64,000 bases of DNA from Auanema rhodensis. Lineage: Eukaryota > Animalia > Nematoda. Under the pieces are notes generated by a model. That model made no database searches and was not told where the DNA came from. It saw only the letters and a program-made list of their open reading frames with translations. Location: assembly GCA_964057225.1 (NCBI GenBank), contig OZ059897.1, positions 11,718,001 through 11,782,000 of the forward strand, written 5' to 3'. Below, one piece after another: positions 1 to 15,390 of the stretch (the stretch's first letter is position 1; every line of letters starts with the position of its first letter). A program made the position numbers and the translations under genes.

Positions 1-2838
1 GCTTTCTTGCTATTATTATATTTGACCTTCCAGTTAAACTGATTGCTTTTGTGTACTTCCGAGGGCTATTGCTTCAATCACGACTATGTACTCCATCTGG
101 ACAGATGATAGGATCACTTCGTGGTGGACGATTCATCAAAAACGAGAAATGGATAGATTATGGTAATTCAATTTGTTTTTTCAATTAAATCAAATGGTTT
201 TAAGGGATCGATTATCAGAATTGTTATAACTTTCATTCAAATGATTCTATCACACACATTAATGATGATAAGAAGTATGAAATGGAGATCATGTGGACAT
301 CCGACCGTCATCTAGGTTCTGTCCAGTTTTTGTAAGTTTTTCTAAAGCTTTCAAACGAATTATCACCTTTTCCATAATGTTTTTTTTAGATTAACAATAG
401 CCAAAGAAAATAATGAGTATTGGGAACGATGGGCTTCTCCGACAGCCTTTCTTGAATATTCAAAAGAATCTCATGAAGACTTGAAATCTAATGAAACGGA
501 AACATTTCGGAATAATGAAACTACCATCATTCCATCTATTACAATAGAATTTGATAATAACTTGGCTTCAATTACTAATCTTAATTCAACAGCAACCGAA
601 TCTGATAATGATTTGATTAATGGAAATGATACATTCATTATTGAAAGTGCTTCAAATTCTGAGACAATTTTTAAAGAAAATTTAGAGAATGATGGAGCTA
701 TTCTAGGTAAGTTTCATCTATTTTTCGATTTTTATGAAAATTTTGTTTAGATATTCTTGAGAGTTCAAGTACATTTAAAGAAACATTTGAAACACCATCT
801 GATGGTTTACCATTTGATTCTTCTTTGTTTGATGAAGTCAACACGTTTTCTACCATATCTTCTGACATTTTTGAAACAACTCCTTCTTCCACGTTTCCAC
901 CAGAGCCAGTACACACCCCTCGTGCACCTAAGGCAACCAAGGTTCTCCTTCGATTAATGATGAATTAAACTAAAAAACAAAATGAATTTCAGAATGTACC
1001 TATTGCAACTGAGGATCAAATAATCAATGAAGTGACAGAAAGAGTTTTCAAGAAGTATGTTCCTGATAAACAAACAGGTCTTCATACCGATGATGTTCAT
1101 TTTTTGAATTCACATGCTCACCTTCTTCGTGACTTTATTGCTCAATCTGATGCTGAAGGTATGTAATTCAGAAGATTAGTTACATCATGTAGAAAGTATT
1201 TAGAACTATGTCATCAGTCAAATCCCTGTGAGAATGATGGAGAATGTACTGTAGTTGATCGAAAGATTAAATGTGAATGTGTGACAGGATATGTAGGAGA
1301 TCGATGCAATGGTAATATATATTATATAATATATTAATATATATGAAATTTATATATTATAGTTAGTGATGCTTGTATAAATCATGGTTGTTTGGAAGGA
1401 TCATATTGTGTAAATGATATGAAAGGAAGTTATACATGTAAATGTAAAAAAGGATTTGTTGGCTCTTACTGTCAATGTTTGTTTTTCATTATTATATTAA
1501 ATAATAAAATTAAACTATTAAGATCAATGTTCTAAAGATCAATGTTTAAATGGAGGAGAATGTATTATGAGAGGAAGTGCAGAAATTGCTTGTAAATGCT
1601 TACCTGGATATAGTGGCAATAACTGTGAAAGAGGTATAAATCTTATAAAAATATAAATAAATACTTAAATGATATTACAGAAATTAATGAATGTAATTAT
1701 AATCATTGCATGAATGGAGCGGGTTGTACTGATCTTGTTAATGATTATAAATGTCATTGTTCTGAAGGATGGATGGGCAAAAATTGTGATAGTATGATAG
1801 TTACTTCATTAACTTGTGTTCGAACGTTTCATTGATAGGGCCATGTCAGGATGTTTACGGATCTTGTAGAATTTGGAAAAGAGAAGGTCAATGTGAACTC
1901 ATGAGAGGTACAACTGACTATTTCGATGTCAATTGTGCTGCATCATGTGAACAATGCATATACAATAATTCCACACGTTAGATTAGTATTTTCTTATAAT
2001 TATAACATTTTATCGTTCAGTTACTACAGATACACCTCTTCCACCTGTTTTATTGCCATTAGCTTGGTTGTTAGGAGAATGGCAAACACATCAACGGGGT
2101 AATTTACTTGTTTTAAAATAAAAAAAACTAATTTCGAAATGAATCTGATGACAAAAAACGATTGTATAGGTATATCGAGAAATAAGTATATTCAGGTTTC
2201 CGAAATAAAACCATAGACTTCCCACAAGATATGGAAGACACGAATGGATATAACGAAACAATCATTTTCTCTGTTGCTAAAGGCTTGATGTTTGGAACAC
2301 CAAGCATTAACTACACGTATTATTCACTTTTATGCATATAATTGACAAAAAATTTTCTTAGTTCAATCGCAGTAGCCGATAATAATCCTGAAAATGTACA
2401 CGAAACTAATGGATTCATTACTGTTCGACAATATGCTCCTAAAGAGGAGAAGGATATCATTCGTGCAGCTTTGATGACTGTTAGCAATGTCGGTATGCAA
2501 CTTACATGTACATATATAACCTATGAACTACCATTTTCTTACTAAGGTATTACACTGATTGAGGAAGGCGATGTTATGACAACTCGGACAACTATGGGCC
2601 ATCACTTAAATTTAGCTCCAACATATCAATTAGCTCCAATGGAGAGCAAAAAGAAAATAGCTCCTAAGGTGAAAAAACTATAGCAAAATTATTCTTTCAT
2701 AATCTATTTTAGCAATTTCGATCCTTTGTACGTAAAGGTAACCGACTAATGCAACTTATGACAAGACAAACAGATGATGGACATATAACTAAATTTTCAA
2801 AGACTTATGTTAGAATCAAGGAATTCCAATACATGTAA
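1..2838 (+). CDS. Multi-exon extracellular protein, 5' end outside the window: Reeler-like domain, S/T/E-rich linker, ~4 EGF repeats, ShK domain, C-terminal THAP4/nitrobindin-like (DUF1794) domain (mab-7-like C-terminal architecture)
   Basis: Spliced translation: FRGLLLQSR (Reeler-like); CHQSNPCENDGEC..CECVTGYVGDRC and other EGFs at 1205-1790; CQDVYGSCRIWKREGQC..NCAASCEQC (ShK); LLPLAWLLGEWQT..YNETIIF..HETNGFITVR (DUF1794-like); TAA at 2836-2838. Confidence 0.75.
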
Positions 2839-3210
2839 CCCAACAATATTTATGGTATATTATACAGCGGCAATCTGCAGTCCGATCTCTTCACTTTAAC
2901 AAAACTTAAAAAATATTATTATTCAGCGATATTAATATATTCATAGCATATCATTTATATTATTTTCTTCTTGTTCATTTAATATTGATGATCTGAATAT
3001 GATTGAAATTATATGTAAATAAAATATTTTTTTAAGAGGAAATTCTTTTAGAATTACGGTTTAATTGAAACATTATGAATAGAGCGTACTTCAATCCATT
3101 TCATCTTTGGTAACAAAATTATTCGAAAATGGCTGTAACCATTTCATATTTTTAATTTTTTTATATGTATATTTTTTAATTTTTTAGTGTTATAGTGAAC
3201 TGATAGAAAT

Positions 3211-5479
3211 ATGGGAAAAAAACAACATCAGAAAGATAAATTGTGAGTTTCTTACTTAGTATAGCTATTCACCTTTTTGTTTAAGATATTTAACGAGCAC
3301 TGAATGGAAGGAATTCGGAGGACATAAGGATGGTAAAAATAAATAGTTGTTATTCCAAACGCAAGATATTTTTTAGATAAGGGAACAAGAAAACAGAGGG
3401 CTGAGTTTAAGAGATTACCTTTAAATCATTGTGCATTATCTCTTTTGCCTTTTGAAACACCAGTATGCACACCAACAGGAGAAATATTTGATATTGCGTA
3501 AGTGTTAAAATTATTTCAAATATTATTATCCTTTATTAAGAGCAATAACGGCTTATATTAAAAAAAATGGAATTAATCCTTGTACTGGGAAGAAACTCAA
3601 TGTAAAAGAATTGGTTACTTTAAAATTCGATAAAGATCCACAAGGTATCTATACGCTTTATTTTTTCGTTCTATTTGTTTCATTTTAAGGTGTCTTCCGT
3701 TGTCCCATTATGTTCAGAACATTCACAGAGAATAGTCATATAGTAGCAATAAAGCCTACAGGAAATGTTTTCTCATACGAAGCTGTTTATGTATGTTCTT
3801 ACACGAATTTCAAAGTATTAAATCAAATCAATTCTTCCAGGAGTTGAATATCAAGAACAATCATTTCAAAGATTTATTAACTGATCAACCGTTTGCTCGT
3901 TCTGAAATCATAACATTACAAGTTTGTTAGAGTCACAGATATACTTAATTATGTAATTACTTCAGGATCCACATAACTTAGAAAAGTTCAATATGGAAGA
4001 GTTTCATCATGTTAAATTGGATTTTAAAACTAAGGAAGAAATAGCAAAGGAGAAAAAGGAGATGCAGGTATTTAGAAAATTATTAAAGAAATATTATATT
4101 ATATATTTAGAAGCCCACTTTCTTTATAAGAAGAATGAACAACGAAACCAAAGAAGCATTGGATCAGCTTAAAAGAGACTATGTCCCTAAAAAGGTAATT
4201 TACCGCATTTTATGCTTGTTACTATGTAAATTTCTTATTCTAGCTTGAAGGACCTAAAGACGAGATTGCTGATGAAATTAATGCTGCTCATTACAGGTTA
4301 CTACAAAAATCCATAGATAAATGTATTGAATTGTTTACAGTCAAGGCCATGTTGCTGCTGGTTTCACATCTACGACTATGGCTCCCATTACCCAACAAAA
4401 GGCTGCAGTTTTGGCCGATGATGTAGTTCGATATTCTAGAGTCAAAAAGAATGGTTATGTAAGACTTGTAACTAATCATGGTCATATTAATTTGGAATTG
4501 TATATCTTCATGAGAAAGACTTCAAGTTAATTCTATATTTTTAGATATTGTATGAAAGCTCCTAAAGCCTGTGAAAACTTTATCACGCATTGTAGCAGGG
4601 GATATTACAATGGCACAGTATTTCATCGGATAATTAGAAATTTTATGGTATAATTTTTGCTTTAGATTTATTACTAATTTTGGAATTTCAGATGCAAGGA
4701 GGTGACCCTACCGGAACTGGATCAGGAGGAGAGTCAATTTGGAAAAAAAAGTTCGCAGATGAATTTGTTAGCGTAAGACTATTATTTTTTTCTCATAAGA
4801 TTAAATATTATTTTCCCTATTAGGGTCTTTCTCATGATAGCCGGGGAGTCCTGAGCATGGCCAACAAAGGAACTAACACTAACCAATCTCAATTGTATGA
4901 TTTTTCTAAGTATACTGTTTGCTTATTCCTTTTTCAGTTTCATAACCTTCCGTCCATGTAAGTACCTTGATAAAAAACATACAATATTCGGAAGAGTTGT
5001 TGGAGGACAAGATACATTAGCATCTATTGAGCGAGTCGCAACTGAAGATTCTACCGATCGACCTTTGGAAGTATATATTTTTATTTTAAAGCAAATTTTT
5101 CATATTAATTTCAGCCTGTTCAATTTATGAGAGCTGAAGTTTTTGTTGATCCTTTCCAAGAAGCGGAAGAAGAGGTACAAAAGGAAAGAGCCGAAATTTT
5201 AAAGAAAAGTTTGTAATAGCGCTAGATGTATCTTATCCATTGCTTTAAGGCAGAGGAGAAGTTGACGAAAAAGAAAAAGAGAAAACAAAACCAAAACAAC
5301 AAACTTTCGGTACAGGAGTGGGAAAATACATCAATCCACAAAACAAGAGAGAACAAGCGGAGGTTATTGCTGATTTTCAAATCAATATAACAGTAACTGA
5401 TTTACAGACTTCGAATGAATTAGCAGTTAAGAAAACGAAATTCGCCAGTAATGTTTTAAGAGATTTCTCAAAGTGGTAA
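3211..5479 (+). CDS. cyn-4: U-box/RING cyclophilin PPIL2/Cyp60
   Basis: [11 protein letters not shown] start; [21 protein letters not shown]; [19 protein letters not shown]; [24 protein letters not shown]; [15 protein letters not shown]; ends DFSKW*. Confidence 0.93.
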
Positions 5480-5646
5480 TTTGTTCATATATCAATAAAT
5501 ATTGTGATCTCTCTTTGTTTCATTATACTTAAAACTGTAAAATTTGAAAGTTATACTGTAAGTAATGGCGGGGAATCATACACTCATTGTGAACTACAAG
5601 GCATATTTTTGTCACTCTTTGTGAGTTTTATATAGGACAGCAGACC

Positions 5647-7310
5647 ATGGGACAACATCAGGCAAAGGTTGATAATAGTGGGCCTTCACCACCTCCCATA
5701 TTCGGTTACGGTATTTTAATCAGTTTCGTTTTTGAAACTTTAAATTTCACTATATAGAACCTGGATTTGGTGCATATCCTTTGGGCAATCCCCCAAAAGA
5801 AGTTGTAGCAATTCAAAAGGCTAGAACGGTTTGTTTCACAGATGATTATGCTGTTATCATAGATTTACAAATTTTAAGAATGGAGAGACCCTTCCAACCT
5901 TTGACACGAATAGGACAAAGACTCCGTTACCAGGTTTTTTATTTTCTCTTTCTGTTTCAATTAAAATTTTAGGAGCTTTACCTTTTCGCCCCATGCCAGG
6001 TCGAACTGTTGTTAATGTGGACGTTAATCAGATTTTAGGTATAAATACTATTTTACGGATAAAAGTTTTTATAAATTTTTTAGCTAATGCCCCCCCTTTC
6101 CCCAGAAGTAACAATGAAAAGAATGCTGGAACACAATTACCCAAGAAAGGTAGATTGATATCATAAGATATGGAATAATATTATAATACTAGGTGAGATA
6201 TGCACTGCAAAGGACATCGACTTTGATATTGCCGATATAATCACAGAAATTCCTTGTGATCCTGTAAGGAAAAGTTTTGATAGAGTATCTGACATTGAAA
6301 AGTCGAAGTTCTCAATGAATAGTTTGTTGGATATTCCAAAAGATTCAGTAGGGCCTAAAGAAAATATACCGAGTGATCCAGGTATTATCAAACAGAAGTT
6401 GTTATCAAGCATTACTCATTTCAGTTCTAAATAATTCTCCTGAAAACATTGATGGTACATATTATGGTGAGTATTAAGTTGTTTTTATTCTTAACAAGAA
6501 ATATATATTGTCAGATGAACCAGCTAAGGATTCACAATCAACTGTGGTACAACCAATTGTACCTCCACCGGTGCCAAAAAGAAACACTAGTCTAACAAAC
6601 ATTCCCTTTTTCAATCCTTTTGGAATGCTTCCAAATCCGTTTGTTAAGAGGAATGAGGTTCGAAACACGTTTATTCCTTCAATTGATACATCCAACCGTA
6701 ATTCCCCAAATACTACTTGTGCTGTCGATAAAAGAACAGAATTAGACATCATTGTGATGTTGTCTGCTATTATTCGATTAATGCCAGGTTTGAAGATATT
6801 CGAAATAAGAGATATTTTGCATTTTTTAGTATTATGGGCTCCTAAGTTTAGTTCTGAAGAAGAAACTAGACAAGTTGAGCTTGCTTGGGAAGATGTTGGT
6901 AAGAAGATGTTTTGCTCTTCTGTCTGGCCATTACAGTAAGTTTAGTTTCTAACTTAATTTCTCTAAAGAATAAGTCTAGGAGATTAAAAATCGTATGGTT
7001 GACAAATGCTGCTAAGTTTAAGAATAATTTGGATAGTAAGGATTGGATTTATTATAAATATTTTGAATTTTTAGATCCCGTTTTTAAGGTAAGAAATATG
7101 ATATTATCATAATGAATATATTATCACAGGGTAAAACAGAAAAAGGACCAGTTCGAGTACCTGGTAGAAAAAGCTCTCTTCAGTCTTCTTATATTTCTGA
7201 ATATGAAGTAAGTTAATAATATTTTTAAATGTTTGTTAAACGATTGTTTGATTTAGTCTGATTATATTCCTCCGCAGAAAATAAGGAATACAGCTAAAAC
7301 AGAGTATTAG
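5647..7310 (+). CDS. Pro-rich protein with C-terminal MADF/Myb-SANT-like DNA-binding domain
   Basis: Starts MGQHQAK just after an AG acceptor; spliced C-terminal region LSAIIRLMP-VLWAPK..ELAWEDV..LKIVW..DWIYYKYFEFLDP fits the MADF pattern; exon boundaries approximate. Confidence 0.6.
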
Positions 7311-7624
7311 CTTTTATTTCGCGATTTCTATATTTATTTCAACAATTTAATAATAATAATATTGTATTCTATAATTCTATGCTTACTTGTATATTATATT
7401 AATTTCTAGTTTTAAAGTTTTAAGATTTAGAGTAACATAGTATACTCATATTCTGTTCATTTTGATAATTCAAAGAGTAATAAATTTGACAGAAGAAAGT
7501 TTTGTTCATTCTTTTAATCAAAAATATGTTTAAGACATATATCATAAGAAGAAATAGGATGGAGAATTGAAATTCTTTTATTTTGAGAAAATAAATTAAC
7601 TGTGAAAAGGTATATTACAAGTAG

Positions 7625-10600
7625 TTATTGAAGCTCGAATCCGGCGCCAGAGTTAATAGCATATCTGAAAAAAATTATTTTGAATTTCAGTTAAAACAAA
7701 ATTATAACCTTAATTTTTCTTCCAAAATTTCCCTTGTTTTATACTTTGGCAATTTGAAAAGATTCATGCAAGTTGCACTCATAGGCAACTGATCATCAGC
7801 TCCAGATATCTGATGGAAAAAATAATTAATACTTCACCTAAAAAAACATTGCTATTCAACTTACCACTTGAATACCAATTTTAGGTTGCAAAAATTGAAA
7901 ACCTTCAATAGGAGGACGGGAACATCCAGTGATGAATCTGTATTATGTATATATGTATATTGAATACAAAGAATATAATTTACTTTAATAAAGCAGCTTT
8001 TTCTTCATTTGTAAACGATCTTACAACATTCCAGAACAAAGAAACATATTCCACCATTTCTTGCCGTAAAAAAAAGAAAAGTATATGAAATTTAAATAAA
8101 AACTTATCTCCAGGATGATAAACAGCACAATTAGTCATCATATCATTCATATCGATCTCACTGTCAACTCCGCTTACCTTAAAGAGATTATCTATTTTAA
8201 AAATCCTCAAAAAAATGACTAACAATGATTTGCAACTCAGAGGGATCAAACATAGCCAACCAAGCTGGGTTTATCACATCACTTACTCCAGCACGCATTG
8301 CATCAATCAAGTGTTCAATCTTAAAATATTAAATTGGGAAAGAACTTTCAAATCTGAAATATTACTTGTTTATACAAGAAGAAATTAACATAAAGTTGGA
8401 CGTATTCAACTCTATTCTCATGAGTTACGACAATATTTCGTCCATTAGGCTTTAGATCAATAATCTATAAATGAATAAATAAATTCAAAAGACAAAATGA
8501 TTAAATCATACTTTTGTACAATCCAAATCTTCCACTGTTACACTAAAATCAAGAGCTAAAGCACGAATATCTTCTTCAGAAGAGAGTAGCAAATCATACA
8601 AATGTCTAAAAAAGTACAAATTAGCTGTGTTGTAAAATAGAAGATAAATACCTGTACACGGTTGGATCATATGATTTCATTTGCTCCAAGTCTATGAACG
8701 TTGAGTTAGATGTGCTCAGTAATTGTATAAGGAAAAAGTCAGCGAAATGCATATCCATCATTAATCCCTCATAGATGAGCTGTATAGAAGATTATATCAG
8801 AATTTTAAATTCATTTTCTTATTGTAATACCTTAGCTACCATACGACCCAAAAAATAGTAATGTTGAGAATAATTATGAGGATAAAGCACTACAGAGTTG
8901 GGATTCGGATATAAAAATCTGAAAACATTTAACCTTTTTTTTCAAAATTCTCAAATTGTGATAAACCTATCATGAGTATATTTGAAAAGCCCACGATTAG
9001 GGTCGAAACCAGTCTTCAATAATTCAGACAGAAACTCTCTTAACAATAAAAATTATTATGATAAAATCTATAAAAATACCTAAAAATTCCTCCACCATCT
9101 TGGCCAAGTTCATCTAATCCAACCCAATTAATCATGGATACTCGTAATGGTAGACGAAGATTTGGACCTAAAATGATTTAATAATTCACAAAATAAAGAG
9201 AAAACACACATTTTCCGGGTAGTAAAGCTTCAAAGGCATCATCATACAAATGTTGTCTTCTAACAGCAATGGAATGTCCTGATCGACCAAGACCCGCTAT
9301 AATAATCAATGATATATTTAAGAAGTAATTGTTAAAAATATTACCTCCAAACGCAATACGCTCTATTCCTATTTCGCTCTTATCATGATTAACTAAATCA
9401 CGGAAAATCTAAATTCCCTTATACTAATCAAGAACATAAAATATTACAAACCATAAGTCTTTGCTCAAAGGGCACAACAAATGGTATTGATTTGATGATG
9501 CTTAAATTACGTAAATCTGTGTTTGATGGTCGTTCCTAAATGAAATAATCGAAATACAAAGCACAAATAAGAATAATTATACATCTTCGGTGTTTTCTGA
9601 GTCACTATCATCTTGATTACCTCTATCATCTCGAAGATACCTAATACATTATTACTTTTAATACATATTATATCCTCAAATTACCTAACAAAAGCAAAGT
9701 TTTGGTAATTTTGGCGATTTCTTTGAAATTTGCGATTGTTGTACCAGATTTTCTTATTTATTACTACCTAAAATAAAAAAAATTTATTTAGAAAATTACT
9801 CAGTTGTAATACCTGTCTGTTATGTGACGTCCAAAAGTTGGAAGGCAAAAACTTAACACGGTTATCCTTCCTAAATATAACTTGAAGAGTGAGCACGAGC
9901 TGTTCATAAAGTCCAGTCCACTTCAAAAAAAAATTTTATTTATGCTTCAATGATTGAAAAACCTCAGAAGCATCCTTTCTCTTTTGTTCAGCCTGTTGGG
10001 AAGTACACCAGAAGTCATCAGGGAAAGCTAGGTCGATCAAGCCCAAACACAATTCTCTGAAAAAAAAATTGAATTTGAAATTGAAGAATAATTATCAAAA
10101 CTCACAAAAATTCCTTTGAGATTTCCACAAAGTCAGGTATACAGTTATATAATGAGCCATTAATTCGGAAATCATCATCAACACTTCCACGTAAAATAGA
10201 TATAAGAAGAGTTGAACACAACGAAACAGCAGAAAGGAATTTGGTACTTTCTTCAATTTTCATGGCCCATCCATATTTTAAAGAATTTATATATGTATTT
10301 TCATTAGTCTTTCGTGTTAGACCCATAATGGATTTTTCGACTCCTGCCGATTCCATTTTAACAATAAACTTGAAGAGCCTGAAAAACTCAAAAGTTTTGA
10401 AAATTATAATAAACTCTAGTACTTCATAAGGAAAACATGAGATTGTGATGCAGATTTCTCGCAAAAAACTTGAAAAACGTTCCGTTGAACGGGATAATTG
10501 TAAAAAGCTAATACATCTTCCATATTCATAGTATTCTGATTCACTGAATAAAAATTTAAGTTTGAACTACATACCAGTATACACTTACAAGAAAGAAGTA

Positions 10601-12137
10601 TTAGTTTGGCTATTGCAGGAGAGTCAAGGCCTTCCTTTATGGAATTAGTTATGAAAGTTTCAACCTACAAAATTGTATTATAATTCTACATAATATTTAA
10701 AATATACCTGATCCACTGGGTTTTCAATGGATGTTGTTGGTAGCATAGAAGCTAAAACATGAAATAATGCTTGATTTTCCACCTCTGGAATTAGATTAGT
10801 TAAAAGAAAAATATAACTTTTTTATAATAAACCTTGCTTAACACATAGTAAGAAAGCAATAGCAAGATAGAGAGCTATAAGTTTTTCTTGATTTCCCTTT
10901 AAAGACGTGAAAAGTTTATTCAAGTTTTCCAGACCAGACAGACATGAAAACCTGAAAGCATAAAATGTTTTCAAAATTCTAAGTGTAGACTAACGTATTT
11001 CCCATTGCAAGTACTATTTGAGGTATTATAACAGCAACAATGCATTGCTTTTTTGGATGAGAAATTACATCTTGCCAAAGATGTATAATTAACTGATCCC
11101 TAAAGAAAAACAAAAAATTCCAATAACAAAAAAAAAACTCTTACATTTTATCAGCACTGCATTTCTTAAATGGGAGTAACATGTAATCAAAATAGGTTTG
11201 CAGCCGTGGAGGTAAAAGATGTTCAACCTAAAAAATAATATTTTATAGAAAAATGAAATAAATCGAATCACCTCAATATTCTCAGGTGTTCCTTGGTATG
11301 AAATAGATATCAAATGTATAAGCGAATTGAAATAGTGATGCTAACAAAATGCAAAATAACATAGGAAACTTTGAAAGAGATATACCTGTACAGCTGATAA
11401 CACCTCGTTATCTGACAAAAATGTTTCTAAGAATCTGTAATAAGCCTATTATTAAGTAGAAACAAGTTTCTCAAAATGCCTTAAGGGTATATTGAGTACT
11501 GTTGAAGTATCAGAACGCCTTAAAAACTCAATAACCCGAATAATGAAGAGGTTCTTTAGACCAGTAGAGAAATATGTACGATCAACCTCATTTGAGCATT
11601 TAGATAAGTAATTAGAACAGACTGACACCTAAAATTATAAAATTAAAAAATAATATTGACAGCATAATTACCAAGCGAGTTGAATCTTTAGCAAACTTAT
11701 GCTGATAAAAAATACTAATTCTGCTCATTTGAAGAACAATATCCTACAATAGGAACAGTAAATTAAATTTTAAACGAAATGAAACTACTTGTACTGAATC
11801 GAATGAATGATTGTCAAAATCTTCTCTAATCTTATTATGTACAGCACATTTGACATGATATCGATTCCAACATCTTTGTATTATAATTGCGGCAGTCTTC
11901 TGTTTTGATTCTAATAGGAATCACAATTTATACAACATTGAACATGAGAATTGTTACCTTTAGATCTTAAAAGTCTTTGTTCTTCTAGATGTCTCATAAA
12001 TTCATCCTTTCCACTCTGTAGGAATGCATATTAAGATAAAACTTTATTGAGGCAATTACCAAAGATTTGAAAATAGCATCTTGATTTTTGTTTCTTTTAA
12101 TTGATCCATTAAAGTGAGCTAATTGAAAATTTGACAT
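7625..12137 (-). CDS. etc-1: HECT E3 ubiquitin ligase, UBE3C-like, with N-terminal IQ motif
   Basis: AAIIIQRCWNRY IQ motif; IPFVVPFEQR; GQDGGGIF-REFL; FITGCSRPPIEGF; LPMSATCMNLFKLPKY with catalytic Cys; ends YAINSGAGFELQ*; TTTTCAG acceptor just before the ATG. Confidence 0.9.
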
Positions 12138-12305
12138 TGCTCTCTGAAAAAAGATAAAACCTCATAAAAACAGTAAAATTTAAGAAAAGTAGTACGAATA
12201 AAACATTTATGAAATTTGAATAAGTAAATGATCTCTTATAAATTTATTTTGACATATGAGGATATAAAACCCAAACAAAAAGAAACAATAGAAATGTAAA
12301 AACAA

Positions 12306-14995
12306 CTAATCGCTATCCTCTTCATCATCGTCATCGTCATCTTCTTCAAGCCAATCAATTATAGGCTTCATGATTGTTCGCAGTTCAGACTCTTGTGGCA
12401 TAGAATTCGCCCATTCAAGAATCGAATCCTAAAAGAAACGCTTATAACATCAGTTAAAATTAACATTACCTCCTCCACAATATCTAAATCGTTATACAAA
12501 GTATGAACTAATTTCGCAACTTTGTTTTTGAAAGTTTCTTGTTCTTTACTTCGTTCCTGAAAATCAAACTACTGCAAAGATAAAACAAATACTCTCACCT
12601 CTATAGCCAATAGCAGCTGAATTTGACTCTTAACCGGTTTGTAATAATTGTTGAACAAAGCTTTCCACTCGGTGGCTAACTATAATGAAAAAAATTACAG
12701 TTTGTCTGTTTAATTTAGTTTAATATTATTTTACCTTCTTGATTCCGACTATTGTATCGTTTCCTGGTAAACCTAAGAAGGCATAGAAAACATTTTTAGC
12801 TACATCCTCCATTGATATGTTATAAGCTAGTTTCGAAGAATTAATTTCTAATATAAGATTGCTCATCTATAATATTAATAATTTTGAAAGATTAATTAAT
12901 TGACCACTTACATGCTTTCCACTATTATCAAGTTGTTGTATTCTTTCCATACTTTCCACTACTTCGACAAGGAATTGCCCAGTACCATCTAGTTCCATTA
13001 ACTCTTCTTCATCCTCTTCCTCTTCGGAATTAGTTTCCTTAAAATATTCACATAAGCAGAAAAACGATATGTTATACCTCTCTTTCTGTTAAATTGGACT
13101 CTGAAAGAACAGACAAAGTTCTTCGTCGGTTGTTAACTCCCCAGAATGATGTTCCGTCTTTCAAATACCATAAATATTGACCTAATATTAGAAGATGCTA
13201 ATATCATATCAAAGAATTTAATACGAACCATTTCGCTCCACTGATCGAATTGTTTCTTCGAAATCTTCATCAGGTTTCTTAGGACACAACACACCATTAG
13301 CCGAAACATCAGTAACAGACTTGACGGTACCCTATAAAGCAAATATCACTATAAACACATTAAAAAGCAACATACTCCCAAAACAATGCACTTCATTGGT
13401 AGGGTGATATTCGATTCAATGACAACATTATCGCCAAGGATAGCATCTTTAATTTTAATGCCATTCTTTATTCTACAGTTTTTTCCGATAATAGCATTTT
13501 CGATTTTGCAATTTGCACCTATGTTACAGATATTAACAAGCGAGAAGTCTATGAAAACTACCTATCTCTGTACCGGCATCAATTGTCACATTAGAAAGAA
13601 GAGTTGAGCTTTCAATTTTACAATGAGGACCAACAATAACATTGTTTGCTAAGTACAAACTGAAATATATGATATTCAAATAAAATAATAATTACTTACG
13701 TTGCTTGCAAATTTCCCTTATTATCGGATAATTCTTTGAAATTCATTGTATAATGACAAATGTCCGTCAACTAAAAGAAAATAATATATTATATATAGAA
13801 ACATCATAAAATGTACCAAAGCTTTGGATGTTAAAGGGTAGAACCAATTCTCTTGAAGCATGGTGTTTGCTAATAACAAGTCTGTATAATCACTACACAG
13901 TTGAAAAAAATCAATTAGATGACAAATGTTATAGTACAGCTTACCGAATCATAAAGCCTGCTTCAAGATCATCCAGAATCTCTAAGTGAACGCTTTGAAG
14001 TAATAATTCTTCATTTACTAGCAATTCCCTAAAATTAAACAGCTTGATTTCATTTTGATTATTGATTTAACTGACTTAACAACATCATCAAGTTCTTGGA
14101 AATCAAAATTATCACTGAATTGAGCTAAAATATTCATTGTGCAAATAGCAATTCCAGTATATGTTATATCACGACGAACAGTAACATCTTCCAAAAAATG
14201 GATCTGCAGCATGAGAAATGAAAAATATAATATGAATTAGAAAAAATACCTTATCAATATCAAGACTTTCAGACTCATCTTCACGGTAATATAGTCTTAG
14301 TTTTTTGGATTCATTATGAAGACCAACAACAGTTTTACTAGATGAGACAGCATTAGAAAAAATCTGAGTCATAACATTGTTTTTATCTTCTTGTTTACGC
14401 TTCCTTAATTAACAGCTGAGAGAAAGGAAATAAAGGATAGGCTAACTTGAAATGTTTAATTTCGTTGTCAAGAGTTGAAGAAGAAAGAACTCCAGGGTTT
14501 GATACCAAGATAAAATCACCTACAAAAATAAATTAGTTCAAGAAAAAAGAAAACAATTTTACTGGATATCAAAGATCTGCTTTCAAGTTCACGTAAGCAA
14601 TCTCCCATACTCATTGCATTCTTGCACCAAACAAGTGCGACTGAATCAAAAAATGGAGCCCAATCACTGTATATTTTAATATTAATATATGAAAATAGTA
14701 TGAAATTACCGTTCTATGAGAATTCCAGCTTCTTTGTTCTTCTCACTAATGAGTAATATAACCTTTTTAACATCAGCTCTTAAAATCCAAGACAAAGTAT
14801 AATCAATAATGCGAGAATTGCACATTTTTTGAAAACACTAAAATAGCTTAATTAAATGATTATATATATATATGTGTGTGTTACCCATGACCCAAGCAAT
14901 TGAGAGAATGGGTAGAAACGATCATCAAAGTTATCCAGTAATACAACAGCGGGCAAAGCGCTTTCTGTCTTTTTTTCTTCTTTTCGTGGTGCCAT
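12306..14995 (-). CDS. eif-2Bepsilon: Translation initiation factor eIF2B epsilon subunit
   Basis: [16 protein letters not shown]; [10 protein letters not shown]; DFILV; QFSDNFDFQ; LQENWFYPL; hexapeptide repeats; W2 domain [23 protein letters not shown]; acidic C-terminus. Confidence 0.92.
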
Positions 14996-15390
14996 TTTAT
15001 CTACAAACAATATGAATTGTCATCTTGTAAAAAAAACTAGAATTCAGGAGATTAAAATTTTAATAAGTTTTCAAGTTGTTCTATTCTATTTAAAAGCTTA
15101 CTATATTAAACGTTTTTCATAGAACGCATGCTTACGTATTTTACTGATATTCATTTTTTCAAATCTGTGCTTATGTTATTTAACTGACATAAAGCTTGAA
15201 ATAAGATTAATCTCTACGGATTGTGTCACGTACGAAGTATAATACATTCAAATCTTAGAAATGTAGTATATACTGTTATTGAAGTAAATAGGAAATATTT
15301 TAAAATGTCGCATTGTATATGAATTTTTTCGTCTTTGTTGTTTTCTGTGTTTTTGTTTTATATCAGATAAGGAATGAGAGATAAACTTCA

